Part shown: positions 38,352 to 51,410 of the stretch, piece after piece
How the letters are laid out: each line of letters starts with the position of its first letter
How positions within the stretch are numbered: the stretch's first letter is position 1
NCBI GenBank assembly: GCA_010093705.1
Contig: MU006089.1
Location: forward strand, 1,909,561-1,973,560
Reading direction: 5' to 3'
DNA: 64,000 bases
DNA from: Patellaria atrata CBS 101060
Lineage: Eukaryota
Translations under genes and position numbers: made by a program
Notes under the pieces: model-generated
The model's database searches: none
What the model was told of the DNA's origin: nothing
The model's input: only the letters and a program-made list of their open reading frames with translations

Positions 38352-40639
38352 ATGCTCTCTCGTTTGAAATCGCTTACCAATTTTACAAATCCACTCAAAA
38401 CTTTCGTCTCGACTCATCGCTATTTGACTCATCGTACGAAATATACGAATATATTAAAAGCAACCAAAAGATCGCTATCTTACGCAACACCAAAAAATTA
38501 TACATATCTCTCCATCATGGCTTCCCTAAAGGAATCACATGTTCCCACATTGGACGAGCTCGCACTCACACTAAAGGATATTGGTCTATCGGAGGTACCT
38601 CAAGCGCCGAATACCTATCCCAACTTCAACCCAGTTGATATTTACCGCTCTCACCTTACCGATCTTCTCGCTCCTATAACTGGCGTTGAACCTAAGATAA
38701 TATATCCCGTATTACAATGGACGCAAACGCTAGATATGGGCGATATCGTCTTACCCGTACCAGCGCTCAGGCTCAAGGGGAAGAAACCAGACACCTTAGC
38801 GCAAGAATTTGGGACGAAGGTCAGTTCTACTCTATGGTAACCTCAAAGGAAGACTAATTGGTACATAGTTCCCCGAGTCACCTTTGGTAGAAAAGCCTCT
38901 TGTCAAGGGAACCTACCTCCAATTCTTCTTCAAACCTCAACCGCTCGCAAGGTTAATTCTACCTTCCATCCTGAAAGCTGGCCCATCTTTTGGGTTCAAC
39001 CCTAAGTTAGGTCTTAGAGACCCCTCGGATTCATCACAAGGCAAAAAGAGGATTATCGTGGAGTTTTCCTCGCCGAATATCGCGAAGCCATTCCATGCGG
39101 GCCATTTGCGCAGTACAATCATTGGAGGATTCCTGGCCAACCTGTACGAGGCCGCTGGCTGGGATGTGATCCGTATGAACTATCTTGGCGACTGGGGTAA
39201 GCAATATGGCGTCCTCGCTTTAGGATTTGAAAGATTCGGAAGCGAGGAGGAATTGCTTAGGAATCCTATTGGACATCTATACGATGTCTATGTCAAGATC
39301 AGTGCTATAGCGCATGAGGAAAACGAGAAGATCAAAGCGAAGAAAGAGGAAATCAAGGCTTTGCAAGCAAATAACGAAATTATCACAGAACAGGAGGTAG
39401 AACTACAGCGGATGGTTGATGAGTCTACTGACGAGGCCGCGCGGGGTTATTTCAAACGCATGGTTGACGGTGATAAAGATGCTGTTGATATCTGGAAGCG
39501 ATTCCGAGACTTGAGCATCGAAAGATACAAGCAGACATACGCACGGTTAAACATCCAGTATGATGTCTATTCCGGAGAATCACAAGTCAGCGATGAGAGC
39601 ATGGAGGCCGCTGCAACAACAATGGCCGAGAAAGGTGTCTCGGAAGATTCTGAAGGCGCTGTGATAGTGGACTTAACCAAGATCAATAAAAAGCTTGGAA
39701 AAGCGGTCGTCAAAAAGAAAGACGGTACGAGCTTGTATCTAACTAGGGATATTGGAGCCGCGTTCGAAAGATATGACAAGTATAAATTCGACAAGATGAT
39801 CTACGTGGTGGCTTCTCAGCAGGATCTTCATCTCGCACAGCTATTTGCTATCGAGGGCGCCATGGGACGCAAGGACGTAGCAGAAAAATGCCAGCACATC
39901 AACTTCGGCATGGTTTTGGGAATGAGTACCAGAAAGGGTACTGCTAAGTTCTTGGATGATATTCTCCGTGATGTTGGCGATAAGATGCACGAGGTTATGA
40001 GAAGCAATGAGGAGAAGTACAAGCAGGTCGAAGACCCTGACCGAACTGCTGATACTCTAGGTATATCGGCCGTCATGGTACAGGATATGAAGGGGAAGAG
40101 GTACAGTGCCCGGATATCCTTATGATCACGTAATTTGGCTAATCATCGTAGAATCAACAACTATGAATTTGATATGGACAGAATGTGTTCATTCGAAGGA
40201 GACACCGGTCCCTATCTCCAATACGCGCACGCTCGTCTTTGCTCCATTACCCGCAAAGCTAATTTATCTCAAGAAGAAATCGAGTCGGCGGATTCCTCAC
40301 TGCTGACGGAGAAACACGCCGTCGATCTTATCCGGTCGTTATCTCAATGGCCTGACGTGTTCATCAATACCGTAAAGACACAAGAACCAACCACGGTACT
40401 CACATATCTCTTCAAGATGACACATTCAGTCAGTTCGAGTTATGATCATCTGCAAGTCGTGGGCAGTGAACCTGAGCTAAAGAAGGCGCGGTTGGCGCTG
40501 TATACATGTGCTCGACAGGTGTTGAATAACGGCATGAGACTATTAGGTTTAAATCCGGTTGAGAGGTATGTCATTTCTAGTCTTCTCATAGTGTCCCCCG
40601 TTCTTATGTATGAGAAACTAATATCAATACAGGATGTGA
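38352..40639 (+). CDS. RRS1: Arginyl-tRNA synthetase (second in-frame ATG 38517); introns 38820-38868, 40100-40151, 40566-40632
   Basis: VEFSSPNIAKPFHAGHLRSTIIG (HIGH-type), NYLGDWGKQ, GMSTRKG, FEGDTGPYLQYAHARL; terminal ERM* formed by a micro last exon. Confidence 0.96.
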
Positions 40640-43600
40640 ATGTCCTCACGGTATTATTGCATTGTTGGCGAAGGGAAAAGCATTTCTGGACGATATTTAA
40701 AAAAAAGTATCGTATTAAAGATCTATCAAAGATTCGAACATCTATGTATAATATACCCGTTGCACATTGACGCGTTTCGTCTATCAAGCACACATCACTA
40801 CCTTATACACGTTGTAATTGCCTCTCATGATAGACACCTGAACCTCTTACAATATTCATACTTATTAAAACAACTACCTTTAATGCTGATGCAAGTTCTA
40901 GTACGAGTTGCAGACGGCAGTGATACCCCGATAGTCCAGTCTTTGAATATCACTATTGTACGGTGACACACCGCTTAAGGCATATCTTACCACAGTCACT
41001 ACCATATACCATCGTTTGCCGTCTTCGGCATCGGCTGCAGAAATCAGGGGCGGGATCTTCGGCTGACGCACGAATATTCGGCCGGCCCTAAACTTTCAGA
41101 GTTTGAGTTGCCGTCGGAGACTAAAAACCTGATACTGCTCCAAAGCTTGTTTGAACCATGGAACAACGAAAAATAACAAATTAGCGACCGGAAGGGCCAG
41201 AGGAAATATACCAATTGTAAGTTTCGCCGTATTCGGACTCGGGTAAGGTTTCTTTTTTTTTTTTTCTTTTCGCGCATGGTCTCAGAGTTCCCATATCGGA
41301 GCTTAGTCTAAGCTTTTTTTTCTATCAAACGCCACATCACATCACAGCACAGGACACGCGTGCCCCACTGTTAAGAGGTTTTTCTTTTGAAGGACAAAGT
41401 AGCCGTTTGGGAGGAATAGAGAGGATTCCGTGCGGCTCAAACTCTCTATTCCTGCGCGGGACGGCTCGTTGGTACCCAATTGCACCACCTACCAATCTTT
41501 TCTGATCCAGTCACGCCAGTCTGCGGCATCAACATTGTCACCAGCGCCCTACGGCGGGGCGATATTTATCGTGGAAGAAAAGTGGGCACCATGCTGCCCT
41601 ATTGCTGTCCAGGAAGTGCGGCGGCTAGTATTTTTGCGGCAGTGGCGAGCCCTACGACACTGGGCTTTTGGTACCCAACCGAATATCGGCAAAAATAGTC
41701 TCTTCTCATGTGTTTTTCCATGTGTTTTTGCGATTGAGTTTTTGACTCATATTCTCTTTGTCGCCCAACCTAACTTTAGACGGTGGTTCCTGCGTAAGCG
41801 TGGATGCCACGTCAGAGGCTCAAGAGGTTGGCGGGCGTCAGAGGCTTTTTTTTTTTCTTCCCGTACTTATGCTTTCGTCACAGGTTGGAAGAGGAGAAAG
41901 AAGATAAGGCTGTTTTAAGAGCGGGAACAGTTTGTGTATTCCCAAAAAGATGGGTTTTTCGGAGCGGAAATTGCTATCTACATCTCAGATAGACTATTTT
42001 CGGAGCAGGAATTGGTTTTCGTCTCTTCGTTGACCGGAACCGATGCGGTTAGTCAGCGGGTGGATCTTCAGACCCGTATACCCTGCGTCCTTGGATATTG
42101 CGTAGTCTAAAAGGAAAAGATTTTTCCTCATTATTCTGATAACATACTCAACGGGGGCGACGACCGGGATCACGGGACGGGGAGCCCGTATGCCAAGCTT
42201 ATAATAGCTACAAATATACGAGAAAAAGAGGTTTCGATAAGGGCACAACTGAAAGGGCTCTCAAAAAGATCCTTTTGAAGTAAGCTTACGGTAGAAGAGG
42301 ATAGCACAAAACTCACAACCGAGAGGTGTCATATCTTCCGAGGATGGTTCTTCTAGGCGGTACCGTAGCGGGGTACGGGTACCACTATTATGATGCACAG
42401 CCGTTCTCAAAGAGCCTCAAAATATGAGGGATTTGTGCAAGCTTTGTCCCTTCTTAGAGTAGGATGATGGACGCGTAGTGGGGTGAAAAGGAAAAGTCGG
42501 TGAGGGGAAGATCAGCGGGGTCGTGAGATGTATCGATAAGTTCCCTCCCGTTGCGATGGTGGACGAGAATCATGGTGGGCTTGATTTGCTGATGGAAGAT
42601 CCGGGTGATTTCGGTTCGTGAGATGCGTTATATTCTTCTTCACCGTGGTCACGTGTTTGTCCTCTTCCCTCAAATATCAGGTTCGATTTGTCTGCTAATG
42701 CGAGAATAGGAGAGTCTATGCTTCGTGGGTTTCTATTTATCGCCTCTAGCTCATATGTCCAAGTAAGTTTGATGGTCCTTCCTGGTTCGTATACAAGAAT
42801 CTTCATTCTTTTTGTACTGTACTATCGGACCAGGTGTAGCATGGCCTACTCTTGTATTACTGTGCTGCTGCCGTGCTGCGTCGTACGTGCTACGAATAAT
42901 CACCAAATGCCGGCGCGGGCATCATTGGAGAAGTTTTCTCTGTTCCCAGAGTTCCCAGGCAATCGAGCGGCACAGCTCTATGAACATAGTCAGTCTAGAT
43001 GTGCGAACATATGAAGAAGGGTAAACTCTGACTTAGGATATGGGTATACCTGGTCTGTCGAAGCTCTTAGGGCTTCTATTCACAATCTCGAAAAGTCCAC
43101 CCTCAGGGTACAAACTGGTACCTTAGGCGTCACTGGGTGTAAGGACTTTTACCTTGCAGAGCATCAGAAGCACTCGAAATTGCTGACTGCGGGGCAGGGA
43201 ACCAGCCACTACCGTAGACATCTCTCGGCGTCCGAGAGTTTTTTTTCGAAACCTCGATAATACTCTTTGTCGAAGATATCTACTTGTAAGGCCTCATTTA
43301 CGACCTCAATATGGAAATAGTTTTTGGAACATTCTGGAGACGTCTGTGATGTGAGAAGGAACGTTTCAGATATTTTAAGACCTTTACAATTAGAGATGTT
43401 GCGCTCACTTCGGGTTCCGAAACGAACTGAATTGCAACAGGACTTCCTATTGGGCTGGATCTCGAGGATGACTTACGATTGAGTGCCCAATGAATTTCGT
43501 CCTGACCAAGCAGAGGCAAGATGTAGCCTTGATCTGAGACGAGTGACGTGCGCCTCATGATGTGTTGTGCATATACTGGCCTACCATTTTGGGACATAGA

Positions 43601-45204
43601 GTACCAAACCTTTGGAATACATACTCGTATCTCGAGCTTTAGCTCTAGCTAAACAGTATGACTCTTTCAATCCCATTGAATTATGGGTCCGTCGGACTTT
43701 TGGAAAATAAGAACAGAATTAGGTTGGGTTGCTGTGTCGTTTCACAGAATTGTCGAGTCCACCAAAGAAACTCGCAAGCTGAAATTCGCATGAGCTTACA
43801 GCAAAGACCAAAGACAGTTGTGGTCTGACGCGCATTAGACGGCAAGCAGCTAGGTTTGCTTTTTACTATTGTCTCTTCTGTATGGTTACCAGCGTGTGAA
43901 AGAGCAATAAAGCTAGACTTTCCCCTCATGGCTGGTCGTGGGGAAGCTGCTGCGAGAGACACTGCAGCACGTACGGTATCCCCACCCTATTGGAATGGCA
44001 GCAGCAAGTGCAGATATCCTTTCGGTCAGTCTTGCGTTTACGATCACGAAGCCTCTGGCCAGTAACAGAGGGCTCGATGGGGAGATGTACCGGTCATCAA
44101 CCCACTGCCAGCCTTGCATCACCCACCAAGTTCAGTCTTCCTGAGCGGTCGCTTGATTAAGTTCCGGCTGGGGAACCAGGCAGACAGCTTTTCGACTGGA
44201 GTGGACGGGTAGACATGGAAGGCAATCCTCCAAATCTCTTGTCCACATTGTGGAGAAGAAAGGCTATAGTGGAATGATGGCTATAATGAACATTGTGTAA
44301 CGGCTCGGTTCTGTTCGTGCGGTCTACTGCTTTCCTCAATTCAGAAGCCTTGATTCCTTACGGTATTTCTGTGACAAACAACAGCGGTACCCCTTGACGG
44401 AAATACGTTACTGGCGTGTTATCTTTGGGGAGACGGGTACTTCATACGTTGTCTGCTATTAGAAGCTCAAGAGCGCCTTGTATCTCAGACAACGTCAGCA
44501 CCGCTACCTGGTATTTCCCTGCTCGAGAATAGCATCGAGGACAGCTTTCCATCTCGTTGTCAGTGGGTAGCCTGAAGCCGAAAAAAGGGAGATTGACTCG
44601 AAAGGCTGTGCTTAGGCCCACAAGACAAGATACAAGGCGCGGAAGATGATTCTAAGGGGGAGGAAAGGAGTAGTGAGTGGTAAGAGGTTAAAGAGACAGG
44701 CAGAGAGAAGGACAGGGCCATATGGGTTGGGCTCCTGCTAATTGGTGCTAATTGACAATAGTAATAGTGGTATGTATTTAAATAAATTTCATGCAATGGC
44801 CCGAGAGCGAAAACTCCCCGCTCAGTGTGTGCTCAGACTTGCTCACGCCCTCGGACTCAGCAAAAAAAATCAAAAACGGCGCCATCATCCCCTTCCTCAC
44901 TCCCTTTCTTCCCTTCCACCATCCCATATTATTTTTCACCATAACCATGCAACTAATGCGGCTTCCTCCTTTCCGCTGATTACACTACCTTATACTCTTA
45001 TCTACTGATCTTTTGCATTGCGAGCATTATTCTCATTGCCTGATTGCACTCCCTTTTGACTCAAATGTTCTTCGCTTTACAACCTCCTTTGCTTCCCATC
45101 TAAACTTTTCCGCCTAAGGTATCGACACCTGGCTTCCTGCTTACTACAGGTGTCACTTACATCACCACCCTTTCCCTCTTTTAGACTCTCAGTAACAAAA
45201 GACC

Positions 45205-47925
45205 ATGGCTTCCATAGCTTCCATGGCATCTATCAATCCAACCTCCTACGCGGCGACGGTCGAGGACTACCATTCCGACGACAGTGATACACCGTCGCCG
45301 GAGACACCCGCGCAAGCCAATGTCGCCGCAAAACGATCTCATCCCTCTGACTTGAACAAGGAAAAGCCAATCGAGGTAGCAACTCCCGATGCTGCGAGCG
45401 ATTCAGGGTATTCGAGCCATACACATGCGACCGTGGGCAGCGCTGACTCGGCACAAAGCCTCAAGTCTGGTGGGCCACCTTTAAAAGTCGATGAAGTTTC
45501 CCCTACGGGTGCGATAAAAAGACGTCCTACCGTCTCTCAACGAAGGGAGTCCAAGCCGACTGAAAGTCCTTCAAAACATAACTCGAGATCCGCCTCGAAG
45601 AGCCGGACTACAAGACCCACCAGGGCACCATCCCGATCCGAACCACATAGCGCCGATCGTCCATCCCATCCAAGTGCAAGAGGTCGACGTCCCCCGGAGT
45701 CATCGCTGGACTCCAACTTCGACACGAATTATCCACCCTTCACCCAGGACCAGACTTCACCCCAATTCCCTCCATCTCCTAGGACAACTCGCGGGTATAA
45801 TGCCCACTCAAATCCCACGTCGGTTGTGACCGAACCCGCCGTTACATCTCAGCGTCGTTCCTCGTCCGTGTCTGCCAGACCCAGGCCAATCAGTTATCAT
45901 TCCCAACCTGCTATATCAAGTTCTGACTATTGGACACAGAATCCGCAGTACCAATATGCAGCACAGTATTATTACGGTGTTCCTCCAACAGACATGCCCC
46001 AAGCCCGCCCTCCACCTCCACTATCTGGCGTTTGGGCCGCCAATCCCATGCTTGGACAGTATCCTAACCCTTTGATGAATGCAACTACCCCAACAACAAG
46101 CCTTTACCCGCAGGGCTACCCACAACCCACCACAGGACAATCTTATGACCAAACTGCTAGACCTCCTCTGGCCCAGCGTGCAACGGAAACCCAATATTCC
46201 GCGCGAGGGTCAGCCAGACCAACATCGATGTACGGCGGCGGGCCTGTTATTACATATCCTGATCAATCATTTACAAATAATACCACTCAAGCTCTCTCAG
46301 CGCGAACAGCGAGTGTTCAGCCTCCTGCGAGAATCGCTGGCGTTGCATACAACGATGCTAGTTCCAGTTCTAGCGAAGAGGAAGATGAAGAAGACGAAGA
46401 TGAGTCGGAGGAAGACGACGAAGAAGAGGAGTATCAGGCAAGACAGCGTCGGGAGCGTGACCGTACTATCATGCCCCCTCCTGCACTTCCATCTCGTCGA
46501 GTCAGTGTTCGACAAACAAATACTCGAGCCCAATCTCCACCCCGTCGGGTCGCAGAGCGTGAACGTGTTGCAGAACGTGAACGACCTACGGAGCGCGAGC
46601 GAAATGCAGAGCGTGAGCGTGACTCTCGCACCACCGCTCGGCACACCACTCAAGGACGTGCTTCCTCTCAACGTCGTCCCTCGCTAGCATCTTCAGGTCG
46701 TACCAAAGCCACTTCGTACTCCAATTCATCAGGAAATGCTAAGGTTACCACCGTTGAGTCTAGTTCACGACGCCGAATGTCTTACATGGGTCACGAGCCA
46801 AATTATGAGATTCAAGACAAAAGACGGTCCCGAAACCTTGATGAAGAGTATGTCACGTATGAGTACCCTCGTACAGAACAACCATCTCGACGTAGAGGAA
46901 ATACTGATACCGAGATCCGTCGCCGAGAACGGGAACCTGATATTCAGATAAGACAGAAAGAAAGGGATCGTGAAGCCGAACTCGAACAAAAAAGAAGAGA
47001 TACTGAACTACAAGCCGAGCTCGAGCGGAGGAGAAGAAAAGAACGCGAAGTCGTAACCGAATCGAAAAGAAGAGAAAGAGAACGCCCCACCGAAGCCGAA
47101 CCAAAAAGACGAGAAAGAGAACGTGAGCCCGAGGTTGATCAAAAAAGGCGAGAAAAGGTTCGCGAGATCGCACCAGAACCGCGAGAGCACCGAGAACTCA
47201 GACGAAAGGAACGTATTATCGAACGTGATGCACCTAAGGACCGGGCTCGAGATGCCGATGCCGGTATGGACAAGAAAAGACAAGATGCTGAGTCGTATCA
47301 GCAAGCCGTTCGTGGAGATGTTGAGCCTACCGTTACCCTTGACAACATTCGTGCCGCTAAACGCACGTCTCAAATTGGTGGTGTGGAAAACAGCAGAGTC
47401 GGCAGTCAATCTGGCTCGTCCCAAACTGGTAGTCGAGCCCCAGTCACTCGCGGTGCCCTTGCTGCTCTCCCTGCCCCTAGCGTTACAGGCACCATGCGGG
47501 ATGAGAACCTCAAGTTGATTTACAGCGCCGCCACTGGAGACATCAGTGTCGAGTATAATGGCGAGCTTGATCAAAGATCTTTCAGTTTCCGTAAAAACGA
47601 CGCGGGCGCCCCTGAGCTAGTAATTGGCAATGCAAATACAAATCGCGAAACTAGATACGAAGCTAGCAGGGCAAGCGGCAGCGTCTGGGGAACGGAGGCG
47701 AGCAGTGTTAGAGGCCTCGAGAGTCAAATTGGCTTGGATCGTCCTATGGAGGGTGGAGTTGGCTTGGGTCGACGGCCTACTCCGAGGGAGGAGGAAAGTG
47801 GAGTTGGCTTGGGTCGACGACCTCCTTTGAGGAACGACCCGAATAAAAGATATTCGAGAGTCATGTTCGAAGACTCTAGTAATGTCGGCAGACGGGGGCA
47901 TAATGATGACTATGACTGGTCATAA
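45205..47925 (+). CDS. Hypothetical 906-aa largely disordered protein with S/P-rich, acidic and R/E-rich regions
   Basis: Long single ORF with a good start context (GACCATGG); SDSGYSSHT motif; no recognisable catalytic domain. Confidence 0.85.
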   Translation: MASIASMASINPTSYAATVEDYHSDDSDTPSPETPAQANVAAKRSHPSDLNKEKPIEVATPDAASDSGYSSHTHATVGSADSAQSLKSGGPPLKVDEVSPTGAIKRRPTVSQRRESKPTESPSKHNSRSASKSRTTRPTRAPSRSEPHSADRPSHPSARGRRPPESSLDSNFDTNYPPFTQDQTSPQFPPSPRTTRGYNAHSNPTSVVTEPAVTSQRRSSSVSARPRPISYHSQPAISSSDYWTQNPQYQYAAQYYYGVPPTDMPQARPPPPLSGVWAANPMLGQYPNPLMNATTPTTSLYPQGYPQPTTGQSYDQTARPPLAQRATETQYSARGSARPTSMYGGGPVITYPDQSFTNNTTQALSARTASVQPPARIAGVAYNDASSSSSEEEDEEDEDESEEDDEEEEYQARQRRERDRTIMPPPALPSRRVSVRQTNTRAQSPPRRVAERERVAERERPTERERNAERERDSRTTARHTTQGRASSQRRPSLASSGRTKATSYSNSSGNAKVTTVESSSRRRMSYMGHEPNYEIQDKRRSRNLDEEYVTYEYPRTEQPSRRRGNTDTEIRRREREPDIQIRQKERDREAELEQKRRDTELQAELERRRRKEREVVTESKRRERERPTEAEPKRREREREPEVDQKRREKVREIAPEPREHRELRRKERIIERDAPKDRARDADAGMDKKRQDAESYQQAVRGDVEPTVTLDNIRAAKRTSQIGGVENSRVGSQSGSSQTGSRAPVTRGALAALPAPSVTGTMRDENLKLIYSAATGDISVEYNGELDQRSFSFRKNDAGAPELVIGNANTNRETRYEASRASGSVWGTEASSVRGLESQIGLDRPMEGGVGLGRRPTPREEESGVGLGRRPPLRNDPNKRYSRVMFEDSSNVGRRGHNDDYDWS

Positions 47926-49237
47926 CTCATCTTTGAACCCTCTTCACCTCAACTGCATCCATGTTGGTCAAAAGGAGGATTACACTGTTTATGATGTTGT
48001 TTGTTTCTCTTTGCCCCGTTCTTCACAATTTTCTACTTATTGTTTTCCACGTTATTCCAATTCCTCTGGCTTTTCTCTTTGGTTGGAGTGGACGCCTCAC
48101 CTTTCAGTTCATCCAAAAGTTCCGAAAACTTGTCGTCTGCTTTTCGATCAGAAAAGTTTCCAGCACAAAAGCTCATTGCATTAGATACCCCCCATCCCAG
48201 TTTCCTTGTGCTTTGAGCTTGATAGCAGTTCATGTTGTTTGGTTCTGCCCCCTGCCTTTTTTTTTTCTTTATTGATCTCTTTGCATTTATTTTATGTTTG
48301 CTTTCAACAGCTCAACACGGCGGAGGGAAGGATGGTCATGATGATGATGATGATATGGAACGACTTTGTATGATGATGTCTTTGGTTCGATATCCCCAAT
48401 TTCAGTTATTTGATCACAATTAGCATGCACGTCTCTTTTACACATTCCGCCATTTGCTTTTCACTTTCTTCCCACCTAATAGGGCGGTCCTTTTACATTA
48501 TTCTCGCTGGTGGATTTGTTTGGAGATTTTGATATTCGGTTATTTACCACCCCTGGATGTCATTCTGGAATCAGGCAGACGAGGAAATCATATTGTCACC
48601 CCCCCCCCCCCCCCAACCCAAAATCATGTATTGGTTTTGGTTATCGCGAAAACATATAGGTATCAACGGAATTTTTAACTGCTGGGAAAATTCTTTTCAG
48701 GTCATCTACAATGTTGGTGTTTCGAGACTGGGATATGCCTCACCGGCTGGGCCTGGGTGTATCTCCGCGTCGAGAAATTGTGGCGACGAGCTATTTATGA
48801 ATGCAGAAGGTCTTTCCTTGTCAACCTACTTCGTGCCATCCGCTATATTGTGACTGAAAATTCATGCGTGACTGGGCCATCTGTATGATATCCTCTCATA
48901 CTCAGCGATATCATAGCTAAATCAAGAAATTCTAAACATAGAAACATGTATATAAGGGCGTCTCGAAGCGTAAACCAAACCAGCATATAGAGTCAGGTCA
49001 TACCTCATTCCATTCCTCGATTGCTTATCATAGGACTACTACATACAAACTTTGACCGGTTCCATATCCTCCCTGCAAAATACTCAACCCCGTCCTCATG
49101 CAATTCCGCCAATCCTACAAATACCCAGTAAAACGCCTTCTCCCGCCGGGAGCATCATAACCCGCTAGCACAGACGCACATATCTACCAAAGAGCTCTGA
49201 TAAAAACTCCCTCTCCCCACTTTCCACGATCAACAAT

Positions 49238-50860
49238 CTACTCACTATCACTCAAACTATCTCTCCTCACGCGTCCACCCCTCCTATATCCCTCCATGAC
49301 ATCCCTCCCCTTCCTCTCCTCCCTCCTCTCACCGCTCCCCACCTGACTCACGCTATCATAAACCTGCACCTCACCCTTACTCAACCCGGGGATATAATGG
49401 CTGTACACCTTCGTGCCCAAATCGCTTCTAACCGCCGAGCCCGCCGCCGAACCCAGGGCCGAATAGCTCGCCTCGCTCGCTGGCCTGGAGCTGCGGTGAT
49501 GCTTGCGGGGACTCGATTGGCGGGAATGGGACGGCGAGTCGCGGGCACTGCGAGCAGCGGCGCGGGAAGCGCGACGCTCCTGGCGTTCGCGTTCGCGGCG
49601 CTCGCGGTCCTCGGAAGCAGCGGCTGTGTAGGTGGTGGATGTGCGGACGGGTTTGGAGGGGGAGCCGGTGGATGTCCTTGGTGCTGGGGCGGTGGCGGCG
49701 GGGCGGTAGGAAGAGTAGTACGAGTCGCTTGCGCCATTCGTGGGGGAGGTATAGTCTGAGTACGGCACGGTGTTGGCTGTGGTGTAGGGGCTCGTATATA
49801 CGGTTGCGGTATCCGGGACCGAGTCATCACCCGTGGTGAAAGAGTACGCGGCACTGGGTGCGGAACGCTTTGGTGTGTTTTCGCGGGAGTGTATCGGGGC
49901 TGGTTCGTAGGGCATGGAGGAGACGATACTTGGTGCGGAGGTATCTTTCGAAGATTTGCCTCTACCCTTTGCCTTTGTCCTTTCTTGGGCGGCTATGGCT
50001 TTAGCGGCTGCTTTGGCTTCCGCTTTGGAGCGTTTGGCGGCTTCGGCGGCGGCTTTGCGTTCGAGTTTCTCCTGTTGACGACGTTCTTCGCGTTCTTGCT
50101 TCTCCCGTTTACGGTCTCGGCCACTGGATGTGAGGGGCTGTTGGGAGAGGTCGGTGTTGACTTCGGAGGGTTCAGTGTTCGTATAGTCGAAGTGACTACC
50201 GTCAGCTTCACGGTTCATTCCACCGACTTTGGCTGGTCTCTCGTGTCGGTATTCTCGCAATTCAGGGTCTCGTTCACGTTCGCGTCGTCGGTCCCGTCTC
50301 GTACCGCCACCACGGATTCCATGACCGGCTTCGACATCTCGCATTTCGTCCTTATCGGTATAGCCAGAAGTATCGGTGTATCCTTCCGTCGGTTGATACG
50401 ATCCGCCATGTACGACACTTCCTCCACCTAACTTTGTACTCTTCGTGGCATTGCTCAATGTCTTTCCATCTGGACCTTTTCGTCTCAACACGGTAGATTT
50501 GTAATCGTCCCAGTCACCCTCCTTAAATTTGAATCCTCCGTTCTTTGCCCAAAAGAAGAACCATAGGGAGGTTAAGACCATTCCAGCGCCGATGATAGCG
50601 AACAGAGCAAAGAAGACTTGGTTGTTAAAGGAGGTTGGAGACTTCGCTCCACCTCCGGGCGGTTGCTTGTATGCTCTTGCTTGAAGTGTATGGAGGTCAT
50701 GAACTGACATTGGAGAGAGTCCATCATCACGCTTGTCGAGGGATGTATGCTCATCGGATTTGAGAGAAGAGGTAAGGAGGTCCGATACGTGGGAAGAGAT
50801 GGCGCGGAGATCCAACTTTCGGGGTAGAAGTGAAAGAATGTAGTCTGGAAGCGGTGCCAT
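49238..50860 (-). CDS. Conserved fungal single-pass membrane protein with long disordered tail
   Basis: 540-aa ORF; TM FFALFAIIGAGMVLTSLWFFFW followed by KNGGFKF.EGDWDDYKSTVLRRKGPDG. Confidence 0.8.
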   Translation of the reverse strand: MAPLPDYILSLLPRKLDLRAISSHVSDLLTSSLKSDEHTSLDKRDDGLSPMSVHDLHTLQARAYKQPPGGGAKSPTSFNNQVFFALFAIIGAGMVLTSLWFFFWAKNGGFKFKEGDWDDYKSTVLRRKGPDGKTLSNATKSTKLGGGSVVHGGSYQPTEGYTDTSGYTDKDEMRDVEAGHGIRGGGTRRDRRRERERDPELREYRHERPAKVGGMNREADGSHFDYTNTEPSEVNTDLSQQPLTSSGRDRKREKQEREERRQQEKLERKAAAEAAKRSKAEAKAAAKAIAAQERTKAKGRGKSSKDTSAPSIVSSMPYEPAPIHSRENTPKRSAPSAAYSFTTGDDSVPDTATVYTSPYTTANTVPYSDYTSPTNGASDSYYSSYRPAATAPAPRTSTGSPSKPVRTSTTYTAAASEDRERRERERQERRASRAAARSARDSPSHSRQSSPRKHHRSSRPASEASYSALGSAAGSAVRSDLGTKVYSHYIPGLSKGEVQVYDSVSQVGSGERREERKGRDVMEGYRRGGRVRRDSLSDSE

Positions 50861-51410
50861 CTTGTATTTTGCGGAATGGAGAAGAGGTATAAACGGTATT
50901 TATGGCTTGATGCCTGAGCCGTAGCCCAAATCTCTCGAGTAAGGTCCTTCAGAGTAAGTTGATTGTAGCTTGAGTTCGCAGAAGGCGTGGTTCGTAATGG
51001 ACGATGCAATGCAGCGAGAATTAGAACCCTAAGAGCAAAATGGTTAGAAAGTGACGATTGAGTGAAAGTAAAATGGTATTCTCAATTCTTAGGGTACTAG
51101 AGACGTGAGGTAGTTGATGTTGCTCAGAGAGGCTGGTTGCTGGGCTGAGGCGGGAGAGGAGGCTGGAGGATGACGCTTCTTTGTTTACAACCGCATTGAC
51201 CATCCCCTCCACCTAGCAACCGCCGAAATCTCACACAACTTTCACTTTTGACGACGCACTTTCAATTATTTATCGTCAAAAGATTGTACAGCAATTTCAT
51301 CACCCGTCAATATAATTCAGAAAGGATCAATCCAAAGTAGATAGATTACGGGAACCTAAGTAAACTTTTCTTTTGGGCTCTTCCATCATAACATCTCTCA
51401 ACAACATCTA

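Noticed and set aside
40700..45200. Short ORFs such as 41430-41918
   Set aside because: Non-ATG starts, poly-T-derived residues and no domain signal; more likely regulatory/UTR DNA of the 45205 gene.
47755..47822. Duplicated GGAGTTGGCTTGGGTCGACG (GVGLGRRP x2)
   Set aside because: Ordinary in-frame internal duplication in a disordered protein tail.
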